The position numbers and the translations under genes were made by a program. From Octopus vulgaris (Eukaryota), in the NCBI GenBank assembly GCA_951406725.2, contig OX597821.1, forward strand, positions 68,758,001 through 68,822,000: a stretch of 64,000 bases of DNA, given 5' to 3'. Below the pieces are notes generated by a model. It was not told where the DNA came from and ran no database searches. It worked only from the letters and a program-made list of their open reading frames with translations. Below are positions 54,192 to 64,000 of this stretch, one piece after another (position 1 is the first letter of the stretch; each line of letters starts with the position of its first letter).

Positions 54192-56776
54192 CAGAGATCA
54201 AAGAGGGGTGCCGACAGAGATCAAAGACGGTGTCGACAGAGATCGAAGGGGGTGCCGACAGAGATCAAAGAGGGTGCCGACAGAGATCAAAGAGGGTATC
54301 GACAGAGATCAATGGGGTGCCGACAGAAATCAAAGAGGGGTGCCGACAGAGATCAAAGGGGGTGCCGACAGAGATCAAAGGGGGTGCCGACAGAGACCAA
54401 AGAGGGTGCCGACAGAGATCAAAGAGGGGTGCCGACAGAGATTAAAGGGGGTGCCGACAGAGATCAAAGAGGGTGCCGACAGAGATCAAAGAGGGTATCG
54501 ACAGAGATCAATGGGGGTGCCGACAGAAATCAAAGAGGGGTGCCGACAGAGATCAAAGGGGGTGCCGACAGAGATCAAAGGGGGTGCCGACAGAGATCAA
54601 AGAGGGTGCCGACAGAGATCAAAGAGGGATCGACAGAGATCAAAGAGGGTGCCGACAGAGATCAAAGGGTCCGACAGAGATAAAGTGCCGACAGAGACAA
54701 AGGGGGTGCCGACAGAGATCAAAGGGGGTGCCGACAGAGATCAAAGAGGGGTACCGACAGAGATCAAAGAGGGCTACCGACAGATCAAAGGGGTGCCGAC
54801 AGAGATCAAAGAGGGGTGCCGAAAGAGATCAAAGAGGGGTGCCGACAGAGATCAAAGAAGGGTGCCGACAAGGATCAAAGGGGGTGCCGACAGAGATCAA
54901 AGGGGGTGCCGACAGTGATCAAAGAGGGGTGCCGACAGAGATCAAAGGGGGTGCCGACAGAGATCAAAGAGGGTGCCGACAGAGATCAAAAAGGGTGCCG
55001 AAAGATATAAAAGAGATCAATGGGGTGCCGACAGAGATCAAAGAGGGGTACCGACAGAGATCAAAGAGGGGTGCCGACAGAGATCAAAGAGGGGTGCCGA
55101 CAGAGATCAAAGAGGGGTGCCGACAGAGATCAAAGGGGGTGCCGACAGAGATCAAAGAGGGTGCCGACAGAGATCAAAGAGGGTATCGACAGAGATCAAT
55201 GGGGGTGCCGAAAGATATAAAAGAGGGGTGCCGACAGAGATCAAAGGGGGTGCCGACAGAGATCAAAGGGGTGCCGACAGAGACCAAAGATGGTGCCGAC
55301 AGAGATCAAAGAGGGGTGCCGACAGAGATCAAAGGGTGTGCCGACAGAGATCAAAGAGGGCTCCGACAGAGAAGGGTGCCGAAAGATATAAAAGAGATCA
55401 ATGGGGTGCCGACAGAGATCAAAGAGGGGTGCCGACAGAGATCAAAGAGGGGTGTCGACAGAGATCAAAGGGGTGCCGACAGAGATCAAAGACGGGTGCC
55501 GACAGAGATCAAAGACGGGTGCCGACAGAGATCAAAGGGGGTGTACAGAGATCAAAGGGGGTGCCGACAGAGATGAAAGAGGGGTACCGACAGAGATCAA
55601 AGAGGGCTACCGACAGATCAAAGAGGGATGCCGACAGAGATCAAAGAGGGGTGTCGACAGAGATCAAAGAGGGATGCACAGAGATCAAAGGGTGTGCTGA
55701 CACAGATCAAAGGGGTGCCGACAGAGATCAAAGAGGGTGCCGACAGAGATCAAAGAGGGGTGCCGATAGAGATCAAAGAAGGGTGCCGACAAGGATCAAA
55801 GAGGGTGCCGACAGAGATCAATCGGGTGCCGACAGAGATGAAAGGGGTGCCAACAGAGATCAAAGAGGGGTGCCGACAGAGATCAAAGGGGTGCCGACAG
55901 AGATGAAAGGGGGTGCCAACAGAGATGAAAGGGGGTGCCAACAGAGATCAAAGAGGGGTGCCGACAGAGATCAAAGGGGTGCCGACAGAGATCAAAGAGG
56001 GGTGCCGACAGAGATCAAAGGGGTGCCGACAGAAATCAAAGAGGGGTGCCGACAGAGATCAAAGGGGTTGTACAGAGATCAAAGGGGGTGCCGACAGAGA
56101 TCAAAGAGGGGTACCGACAGAGATCAAAGAGGGGGACCTACAGAGATCAAAGAGGGATGCCGACAGAGATCAAAGAGGGGTGTCGACAGAGATCAAAGAG
56201 GGATGCACAGAGATCAAAGGGGGTGCCGACAGAGATCAAAGGGGGTGCCGACAGAGATCAAAGAGGGGTGCCGACAGAGATCAAAGGGGTGCCGACAGAG
56301 ATCAAAGAGGGATGCCGACAGAGATCAAAGAGGGTGCCGACAGAGATCAAAGAGGGGTGCCGACAGAGATCAAAGAGGGGTGCCGACAGAGATCAAAGAG
56401 GGGTGCCGACAGAGATCAAAGAGGGGTGCCGAAAGAGATCAAAGAGGGGTGCCGACAGAGATCAAAGAGGGTGCCGACAGAGATCAAAGAGGGGTGCCGA
56501 CAGAGATCAAAGAGGTGTGCCGAGAGAGACCAAAGGGTTGCCGAAAGAGATCAAAGAGGGGTGCCGACAGAGATCAAAGGAGGTACCGACAGAGATCAAA
56601 GGGGATGCCGACATAGATCAAAGAGGGGTGCCGACAGAGATCAAAGAGGGGTGCCGACAGAGATCAAATGGGGTGCCGACAGAGATCAAAGAGGGGTGTC
56701 GACAGATATCAAAGGGGGTGTCGACAGAGATCAAAGAGTGTGCCGAAAAAGATCAAAGAGGGTGTTGAAAGAGATC
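54192..56776 (+). repeat. Minisatellite array of roughly 115 units of 21-23 bp
   Basis: Consensus GCCGACAGAGATCAAAGAGGGGT, with length variation in the A/G run. Confidence 0.97.
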
Positions 56777-57782
56777 TTCCCTTACAAACCCGAGCAACGC
56801 CGGGCGATACTGCTAGTCTACAATAAACAGAAAGTTCTCCCACCCTGAGTATTGACTCCCAGATTTTTCCCCCTTGGAAATTCTTGAATCTTCTGGCAGC
56901 AACTTGAAGTGCGAAAACAAAAAAGTTTCCCTTGGGTTAGCATACCTACCACCAGCAGACATCGAAGATGGTTGACTAAATATTACCATATATAGTATTG
57001 TCACAAGAGTGGTTGTCACGGTGGTAGTCGTGGTAAGTTGATGTTCATGCACTAAATGAATTTTAACGTTTTTTGTTTTTTTCTGGCTACTTTTCTGGAT
57101 CGAATATCACCAAATGTTGCTTGGTGGTGGTTGTTTGTTCACTTCGTTAGGTGTCACCAGTTGTTACGAGAGTGGTGTTTGGGCGTTTCGTCAAATGGTG
57201 CAATGGTAGCTGTTGAATTAGTGAATGGAAATGTATTTTTCAGATTACTTGAAGAAGTAATTAACACTCGCAAACAATTAACAGAAGATTTCATTACTGT
57301 ATATTGTGTTTTCTGGTTGTTGTTGTTTTTTTTACAAATACTAACAATAATTACATACCGAGAGAGACACGCTGCTTGGGATTTACATGTTAACCAATAT
57401 AGCAATTTGTGGTCGGCCCATCATAACTGGAAAATAATTGTGCTCCATTCGAGGAGACGAACATTCTTGTCTACTATCTGCCAGGTGCCTTAATCAGCTG
57501 AATGTAGTAATGAGAATGGAGACGTCATGTGGCTACCTCAACATTCTGCGGTTACCACTTTTATATAGGACACAATGAGAAAGCTCTAGAAAATCAAATC
57601 ACGCCATGGCTTGACGTTGATTAGTTGCTTAATAGACCGATCACGTGAAACTACTGAGATTTGATCGTGATGTCTGCTTGACTACCTAGAGATTCGGTTT
57701 TGAATCACTGCTACAATATTGTTCTTTCCAGACAACACTACTATATATATAGTCTATATTGTCAAATATAGTAATGTTGTTC

Positions 57783-58207
57783 TTTTATTCTTTTACTTGT
57801 TGCAGTCATTTGACTGCGTCCACGCTGGAACACCACATTTAGTTAAACAAATCAACCCCCTGGACTTATTCTTTGTAAGCCTAATACTTATTCTATTGGT
57901 TGTTTTTGCCGAACCGCTAAGTTACAGGGACATAAACACTCCAACATCGGTTGTAAAGCTATGATGGGGGTGCAAACACAGACACACAAACATATATATA
58001 TATAGGGAGAATTCACAAAAAAAAAATAAAAACAAAAGACGAAGACAGGTGGTGTAGACAACAAACAGATGTATTAGTATGAAGCTCAGGAAGTGAAAGT
58101 CTTTAAAGTTTCGAGCCTACGCTCGTCCACAGAAAGGAACACAAATAAACAAAGAGAGAAAATAAAGGATATGTATAGTGGCTAGTGATCTATCATAGCG
58201 AATGTAT

Positions 58208-58295
<88 letters not shown>

Positions 58296-58436
58296 TTTCT
58301 GTCTACCAAATTCACTCACAAGGCTTTGCTTGGCTTGAAGCTATAGCAGAAGACACCTACCCATTGTGCCACGCAGTGGGACTGAACCTGGAACTATGTG
58401 GTTGGGAAACAAGCTTCTTACCACACAGCCATGCCT
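57783..58436 (-). mobile_element. Family A SINE split by a ~200-bp insertion in its (TA)n
   Basis: Tail half at 57783-57990, head half at 58290-58436, insert at 58004-58201. Confidence 0.75.
58101..58136 (-). ncRNA. Variant minimal hammerhead-like motif
   Basis: CUUU-CUGUGGA-C-GAGC(GUAG)GCUC-GAAA-CUUU-AAAG: stems I and II are intact but the core deviates from CUGANGA. Confidence 0.5.
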
Positions 58437-60267
58437 GATTTTGAACATTAAAAAAAAAAGTTAACTGTTGTACTCTATACCAGACATGAACAACATTTTT
58501 CGAGAGACGGGTGGCTTGAATCATGACTAATCATCAATTGACTTCATTTTTTTTTTCTTTTCTAATTTTGACAATAAGGAAGCAATTTTGAAGGGAGACG
58601 AAGTCGATTACATTGAACCCAGTACTTGACTGGGAGACTGGGACTTATTTTAATGATCCCGAAAGAATAAGGCAACCTGACCTCGGTGGCATTTGAAATC
58701 AGAAAATAAAGAGTCGGAAGAACTGCTGCTAAATATTTACTCCAGAACTGTAACGATTTTGCCAACTCGTCCCCTTTGAGTTTGTTGTGGTATTGTATCG
58801 ATGTATTTTTAACATTGTTGGAGATGATGTTGCTGTATCAGTTGTGGTGAGTGATCAGGCTGGCTGTGTATAATACGACAAGGCAAACTCAGGAACATTT
58901 AACAGATTTTATTAAGGAAAAGAGAAGCATGTATACATACATAAATTATCAAATCCTCATTGGTAACAAAACTAGGAGTTGGGGATCAACTTAACTGTAT
59001 TTTCTCAGTCATTAGTTATCTGGAAGATGAGAGACTGCCGAAACCTGAAGCTTTTTCCTTGATTTCCTTGGCAAAAGCTGAAATATGTCCCGCTTGAAAT
59101 GCCATCAGAGCTCTACTTCAGTCTGGCTTATGGTGAGAGGTGAGATGAGTGTTCTATGTGGTGGTCCCGACCTTCTATTCTGAGATCTTCGTAGGTACCG
59201 CTTATCATGCAAGGTAAGTGCATGAATCTCGAGAAAATTTGAGATGATGTTCATGACATGACTTCAAGCTGTTTGGTCAATATTTAGGTTGTTCACGTGA
59301 AACTTGCATGTTGCAATTGTAGCTTACTTATGATTGTGAACTAATTATTTTACAGTTGGTGTTCAAATCCTTACAATTTCAATTTAATGTTGGTTTCTAA
59401 AAATTGAAACAAACCCCAAAACTTAGGCGGAGGATATAGTCAATTAATTCGATCCAGTGCTTGACTAGTACTTTGTTTTATTGACCCAGAAAGATGAATC
59501 GCAAAGTTGGCCAAGACAGGATCTGAACTCAGAATGTAAAAGATTTTAGCAAAATTCTGCAAAGAATTTTGTGTGACCCCTTAATAGGATTCTGCTAATC
59601 CACCACTCTTTTTATATATATTTCCATAATATTGGTAATTCCAGAAACAGAAAAACGAAATACAAAAACCATTCTAACTAGAAATTCATGTCAGAGCATT
59701 GAACTAAGCAATTTTAAATGGTATAATTAGTTAAGGAAATAGGAGAAGCAGGGGAAGTGACCTCATAACCTTTAAAGACCCCCCACTAGACTTGTGAGAG
59801 TGATGTCATTGATGGCATGGTGAAATATTGTCATGTCGATATCTGTAGCATAAATATGGGTGGGGAAGAAAACAGGAACCTATTTGCAACGCATGCAATA
59901 AAAGAAATTTCGCTAAAGACATCGAGAGATTGGGTGATGGTATTAAACCAATCGGGATATGAGGGCAGTGGACGACCAGTCAAGAAGTCAGCTGATTGAA
60001 CCAAACAGTTTTATTGTTTTATTACCATTCAGTGGTCTTAGGTCTTAAGATATCTGATTTTTATTTCATACTTATTTGTCTTTATAGAGCGAATGAAATA
60101 CTGATTAATAGTCATAATCTCTTAATATAGTTCCATTAATATCCAGGATGTTTTATAAGAATATTGAATCAACTCATTACTAGGTAATCAGAGAAGCATA
60201 GTTGATTAAGACAAGTTCTGAACTCAGAAATGATCTCGTTTGAGATTACAACCATCTTTGTCTAGTT

Positions 60268-61200
60268 TGACCCTGTTGTGTCCACTGCTCTGATTGGTTG
60301 GCATTTGACGCAGTTTGTCTTTCGACTTATTTCGAGCCAGTGTGTAGGCCAACCAATCACGACCTTTGGATAAGGTCTCATGACACTGTTTTCTTGATCC
60401 CTCATTTGAGCCATCTAAACCCTATAAATAATCCAGCATTTCACTATTCCTGGTCTTTCGGCTTTAGACCTTCTAAGGTCTAGTCACTGACCACAGAGCT
60501 ACTCAGCCATGTTCCAGTTCGAGCGACAGACGACCAGTCAGCCAGCCAGCCATGAAGATGCTATTATACACCAGCGACAGACAGGACGTTCTCCATCTCC
60601 ACCACCGTCATCACCATCGCCGTCGACTTCAACATGTACACAACATTCACACAGGTTTAAACTCACGCTGTTTGTGAATATTTCACCGAGGTAAAACAGT
60701 TCCAGTCTACCCGAAAGAACTTTCTGTACCAAGAGACTCGGCACAGCATAATAGCCACAACTTCTACACGTGCAGTAACCGGTCTCTGCCACGTGAACCC
60801 CCAACATCTTGTTATAAAACTCTTGCTATCATGTACCTCACTTATGAACTGGTAAACTAATTCCATCTTAACTCAATATGCTGAGACATTCATCTTATGC
60901 TCTGTATTTTGTTCTATACGCATACACCTCTGTCACATACACGAACTCACAGGTACAAACACTTACCGCATGCATCCAGACACAACACTGCTAGCACTCA
61001 CAACACACTATCTTTGTACACATTGTAAATAAAGTCTTCTTCTCTCTCAAACAGTAGAACAGTTGTCGTCCATCATTTATTCCTTTTGGCACTGTATTTT
61101 ATATTATGTATTTGGCTTCATAGTTAGTTAGGGGCGACCGTGCGGCGTTCAAAAGGAGATATTTGTCACCAATACCCTACGTACGGTCGTATTCCCTACT
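60268..61200 (+). mobile_element. Diverged LTR related to 51543-52575
   Basis: Shares ACCCTGTTGTGTCCACT, CCAACCAATC, a TATA box, TAGACCTTCTAA-GTCTA-CACTGACCACAGAGC and AATAAA; termini uncertain. Confidence 0.7.
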
Positions 61201-61259
61201 GTATTTTGCATACAGTCTAGTGCAGTATCCATAGTCTCCACTGTGAAATGACTTGATCT

Positions 61260-61418
61260 GGGTTAGGAATAGGGTTATGGTTTAAGGTCAGAGTAGGGAC
61301 AGGGTTTAGAGTTAGCTATTAGGGCTTAGGGTTTAGGGTTAGTTAGGGATTGAGTTTTGGGGTTATGGTTATTTTTTTAGGATTATGGTTAGGGTTAGAT
61401 TTTATGGTTATGGTTAGA
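61260..61418 (+). repeat. Degenerate (TTAGGG)n-like tract
   Basis: Multiple GGGTTA, TTAGGG and GGTTAT variants. Confidence 0.75.
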
Positions 61419-62699
61419 TTGCACGCAAAAGCGTAAATGACCAGATATGACGTACTCTAAAATCTAAAAGGCCGGGTTGACCGCAGTTCTTAGTGTCTAC
61501 ATACAGAGTAACTGTTTCCTAGGAGTTCTTCCTCGTCAAATTGTTCTCCGAGTAGCTGCTGGAATTATCTCCCTTGCTTTCTTATTTAAACGCAAATAGA
61601 TATTGGATACACATGGCATGTGTTATAGTCGACTTGTTGCTTGAATAATATTCATTAGTCGAAGTTTTTCAACGCATATTAGATGCCAAACTATACCATA
61701 CGAATATTTGAATCCATTAACCGAGTTCTATTCCCTTCACTCAACAACAAACTCCCCAAAGTAAGACACGGACGTTTAAGATTCAAATTTTCTCACAGCC
61801 ATAATTTTTACGTTCTTTTGCCTGAAAAAGAAATCAATTTGAGACAGAAAGGTTTTTAAAAAACAAATTTATGTGAGAATATAGATTTTTATCGCTACGT
61901 AGTAAAAATATGTGTAACAAATAAAGAAGAGGAAAACAAAAAGCTGTAACTTAAAATATAAAATAGAATAAATAAATAAATAAATAAATAGCTAACAGAC
62001 GAGCAATATTTCAGTATTTTCAATGAATGGCTGGTTCGATAACGTAGCTTCTTTCAAAACAGGTGGCTCACACAACCTTCTAACAGCTGTTGAAAATATC
62101 TTCTTGAAACCATGTGGTACAACCTACGCACTACTATACATCATTCTACATTCTGTGAATGTAAGTGTGTGTGTGAGAGAGAGAGATGGAGGCTGTTTCC
62201 TCTTGAGTTCTTTGGATTCTATGGTTAAAAGAAAGATACCTTTGCTTGAAACATATTTCGGTTCTCCTCTTAGCACACAAACTTTATGAATTTCACACAA
62301 CAATGTGTGTGTGTGTATGTGTGTGTGTGTAATACTTTCTAGGGCTATGTTAAGCACTCGACCCGGATTCCCTTTAACTATTTATTACGAAATTCTATGA
62401 GAGTCATCAAGAGAATCTTTAATTGAATACTCGACCAGCTAGAAATAACAACCAAATTTCTCTTAGATCATATCCTACTGCTTTAAATACGTAAGACATA
62501 CAGAACAAATGGAAGTAAATATCGGTGTCATGTATCGAACACCTTGCAGCGTATTGTCCACTCTTGTCCGTCCATATGCTAAGTGTAAAAAAAATATGCA
62601 GTGAACATTGCTGCTCATTCGTCTGAATTAGCGTTCAGCAGCAGTGACGACGATGACCTAAGAAGTTCTCCGAGGCATAAGTGTGGGTAAGGCTGTTTA

Positions 62700-62942
62700 C
62701 AGAAGACCGACAGTTGCCCATGCATATCAGCCTTTCCTCTCTACAACACCAATGTTATCCAAGTAAAAAAGCAAAGGCTTGGTAACAGTGACGTCACAGC
62801 TCATTTCTACAGCTGAGTTAACTGGAGCAACGTGAAATAAAGTGTCTTGCTCAAGAACATCACATAGAGCCCAGTCTGAGAATTGAACTCATTACCTCAT
62901 GATTGGGAGCCCAATACTCTCACCACTGAGCCATGCGCCTTC
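62700..62942 (-). mobile_element. tRNA-derived SINE (another family)
   Basis: Head GGCGCATGGCTCAGTGG...GAGTTCAATTC and core TGTTCTTGAGCAAGACACTTTATTTC. Confidence 0.75.
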
Positions 62943-62954
62943 ACATATTATTAT

Positions 62955-63177
62955 TATCTGTTTCTTTATTACCCACAAGGAGCTAAACACAGAGGGGACA
63001 AACGGATTAAGTCGATTACACCGACCCCAGTTCGAAACTGGTACTTAATTTATCGACCCCGGAAGGATGAAAGGCAAAGTCGACCTCGGCGGAATTTGAA
63101 CTCAGAACGTAACGGCAGACGAAATACGGCTACGTAGTTCAACCGGCGTGCAAACGGTTCTGCCAGCTCGCTGCCTT
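62955..63177 (-). mobile_element. Meta-domain SINE with 15-bp TSD
   Basis: TTCACATATTATTAT at 62940-62954 and 63178-63192. Confidence 0.85.
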
Positions 63178-63357
63178 TTCACATATTATTATCATAATTG
63201 ATAACACTGATTCAGCTCCATACAACTTAGTTTTGTAGGCTTCTCATATAAGTTTAGCTCATCAATCACCTAAGCCTGATGAATGAAGTTCATATGATGA
63301 GCCTATGAAACTAAGATGCGTGGAGCCAAATAATACAATTTACAAAATAAAAATATA

Positions 63358-63665
63358 TAGCTCAGTGATCAGAGCGTTGGGCTCACAATCATGAAGTAGT
63401 GAGTTTGATTCTCGGACTGGGCTGCATGTTGTGTTCTTGAGCAAGACACTTTATTTCCTGTTGCTTCAGTTCATTCAGCTGTAGAAATGAGTGGCAACAT
63501 CACTAAAGCCAAGCGGTATCAGCTTTTGCCTTTCCATTAGATGACACAGGTGGTATGGAGAGGGGAGGCTTCTATGCATGGGTAATTGCTATTCTTCCAT
63601 AAACAACCTTACCAGGACTTGTGCATTGGAGGGGAACTTTCTAGGTGTATCCCATGGTCATTCAT
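63358..63665 (+). mobile_element. tRNA-derived SINE, same family as 62700-62942
   Basis: AGCTCAGTGATCAGAGCG...TGTGTTCTTGAGCAAGACACTTTATTTC; followed by a Meta-domain SINE at about 63665-63860. Confidence 0.75.
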
Positions 63666-64000
63666 GGCAGAATTATTACTGTGCCAGGTAAAATCCTTAG
63701 CAGTATTTCTTTCATCTGTCTTTACATTCTGAGTTCTAATTCCACTAAGGTCAACTTTGCTTTTTATCCTTTCAGAGTCAATAAAATTAGTAGCAATTGA
63801 GCACAAGAGTTCTTGTCCTCTGAAGTTGCTGGCCTTGTGCCAAAATTTCAAACCAATACATGTAAGCCCAACCAAATGTGTTGAGTGCCACTTTTGTTTG
63901 ACCACTCAGTTATATATGTGTATATATATATATGTTTATGAATTTATTTAGCAAGATTCCTGATGTGGGATGGAAGAGTCACTGAAGAGGTCACAGGTGT

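Larger units (their letters stand above)
53281..56816 (+). mobile_element. Second, composite Helitron containing a SINE and a minisatellite
   Basis: Starts right after the previous CTAG and has a ~100-bp internal duplication (53423/53523). The shared subterminal sequence stops at 53626 and resumes at 56777 (TTCCCTTACAAACCCGAGCAACGCCGGGCGATACTGCTAG|T). Confidence 0.6.

Noticed and set aside
54192-56776. CRISPR-like array
   Set aside because: Units are contiguous with no unique spacers, there are no cas genes, and the context is eukaryotic.
54141-56848. Long ORFs up to 547 aa (GVPTEIKE/GCRQRSKR/GADRDQR repeats)
   Set aside because: They arise from a stop-poor minisatellite whose unit lengths are mostly not multiples of three; all frames are open and cycle through the same peptides.
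51543-61200. Full-length LTR retrotransposon between the two LTR-like sequences
   Set aside because: The first LTR has its own TSD on both sides, the two are too diverged, and no gag or pol lies between them.

Overview
Eukaryotic, AT-rich, repeat-dense animal DNA, most likely an octopus (coleoid cephalopod), judged from abundant tRNA-derived and Meta-domain SINEs and very dense (TA)n/(CA)n/(TAA)n microsatellites. The only protein-coding sequence I can support is the first coding exon of a NudE/NDE1-NDEL1 homologue on the minus strand (34323-34235, phase-2 GT donor), with a likely promoter near 35.0 kb. I did not find exon 2, so the following intron probably exceeds 34 kb. The rest is mostly transposon-derived: three decayed mariners, hAT and piggyBac MITEs, Helentron-like elements, non-autonomous Helitrons, a solo LTR with a 4-bp TSD, LINE fragments and many SINEs. 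Nearly all ORFs in the supplied track are spurious. Most notable are: hammerhead-ribozyme folds in Penelope-like inserts within (TA)n tracts (one canonical motif at 35489-35574, just upstream of the NudE promoter); a tRNA-headed element with a hammerhead tail in a head-to-head inversion; a 2.6-kb minisatellite ending in a Helitron 3' terminus; and a perfect 29-bp hairpin. Repeat family names come from structure and recall, not database searches.
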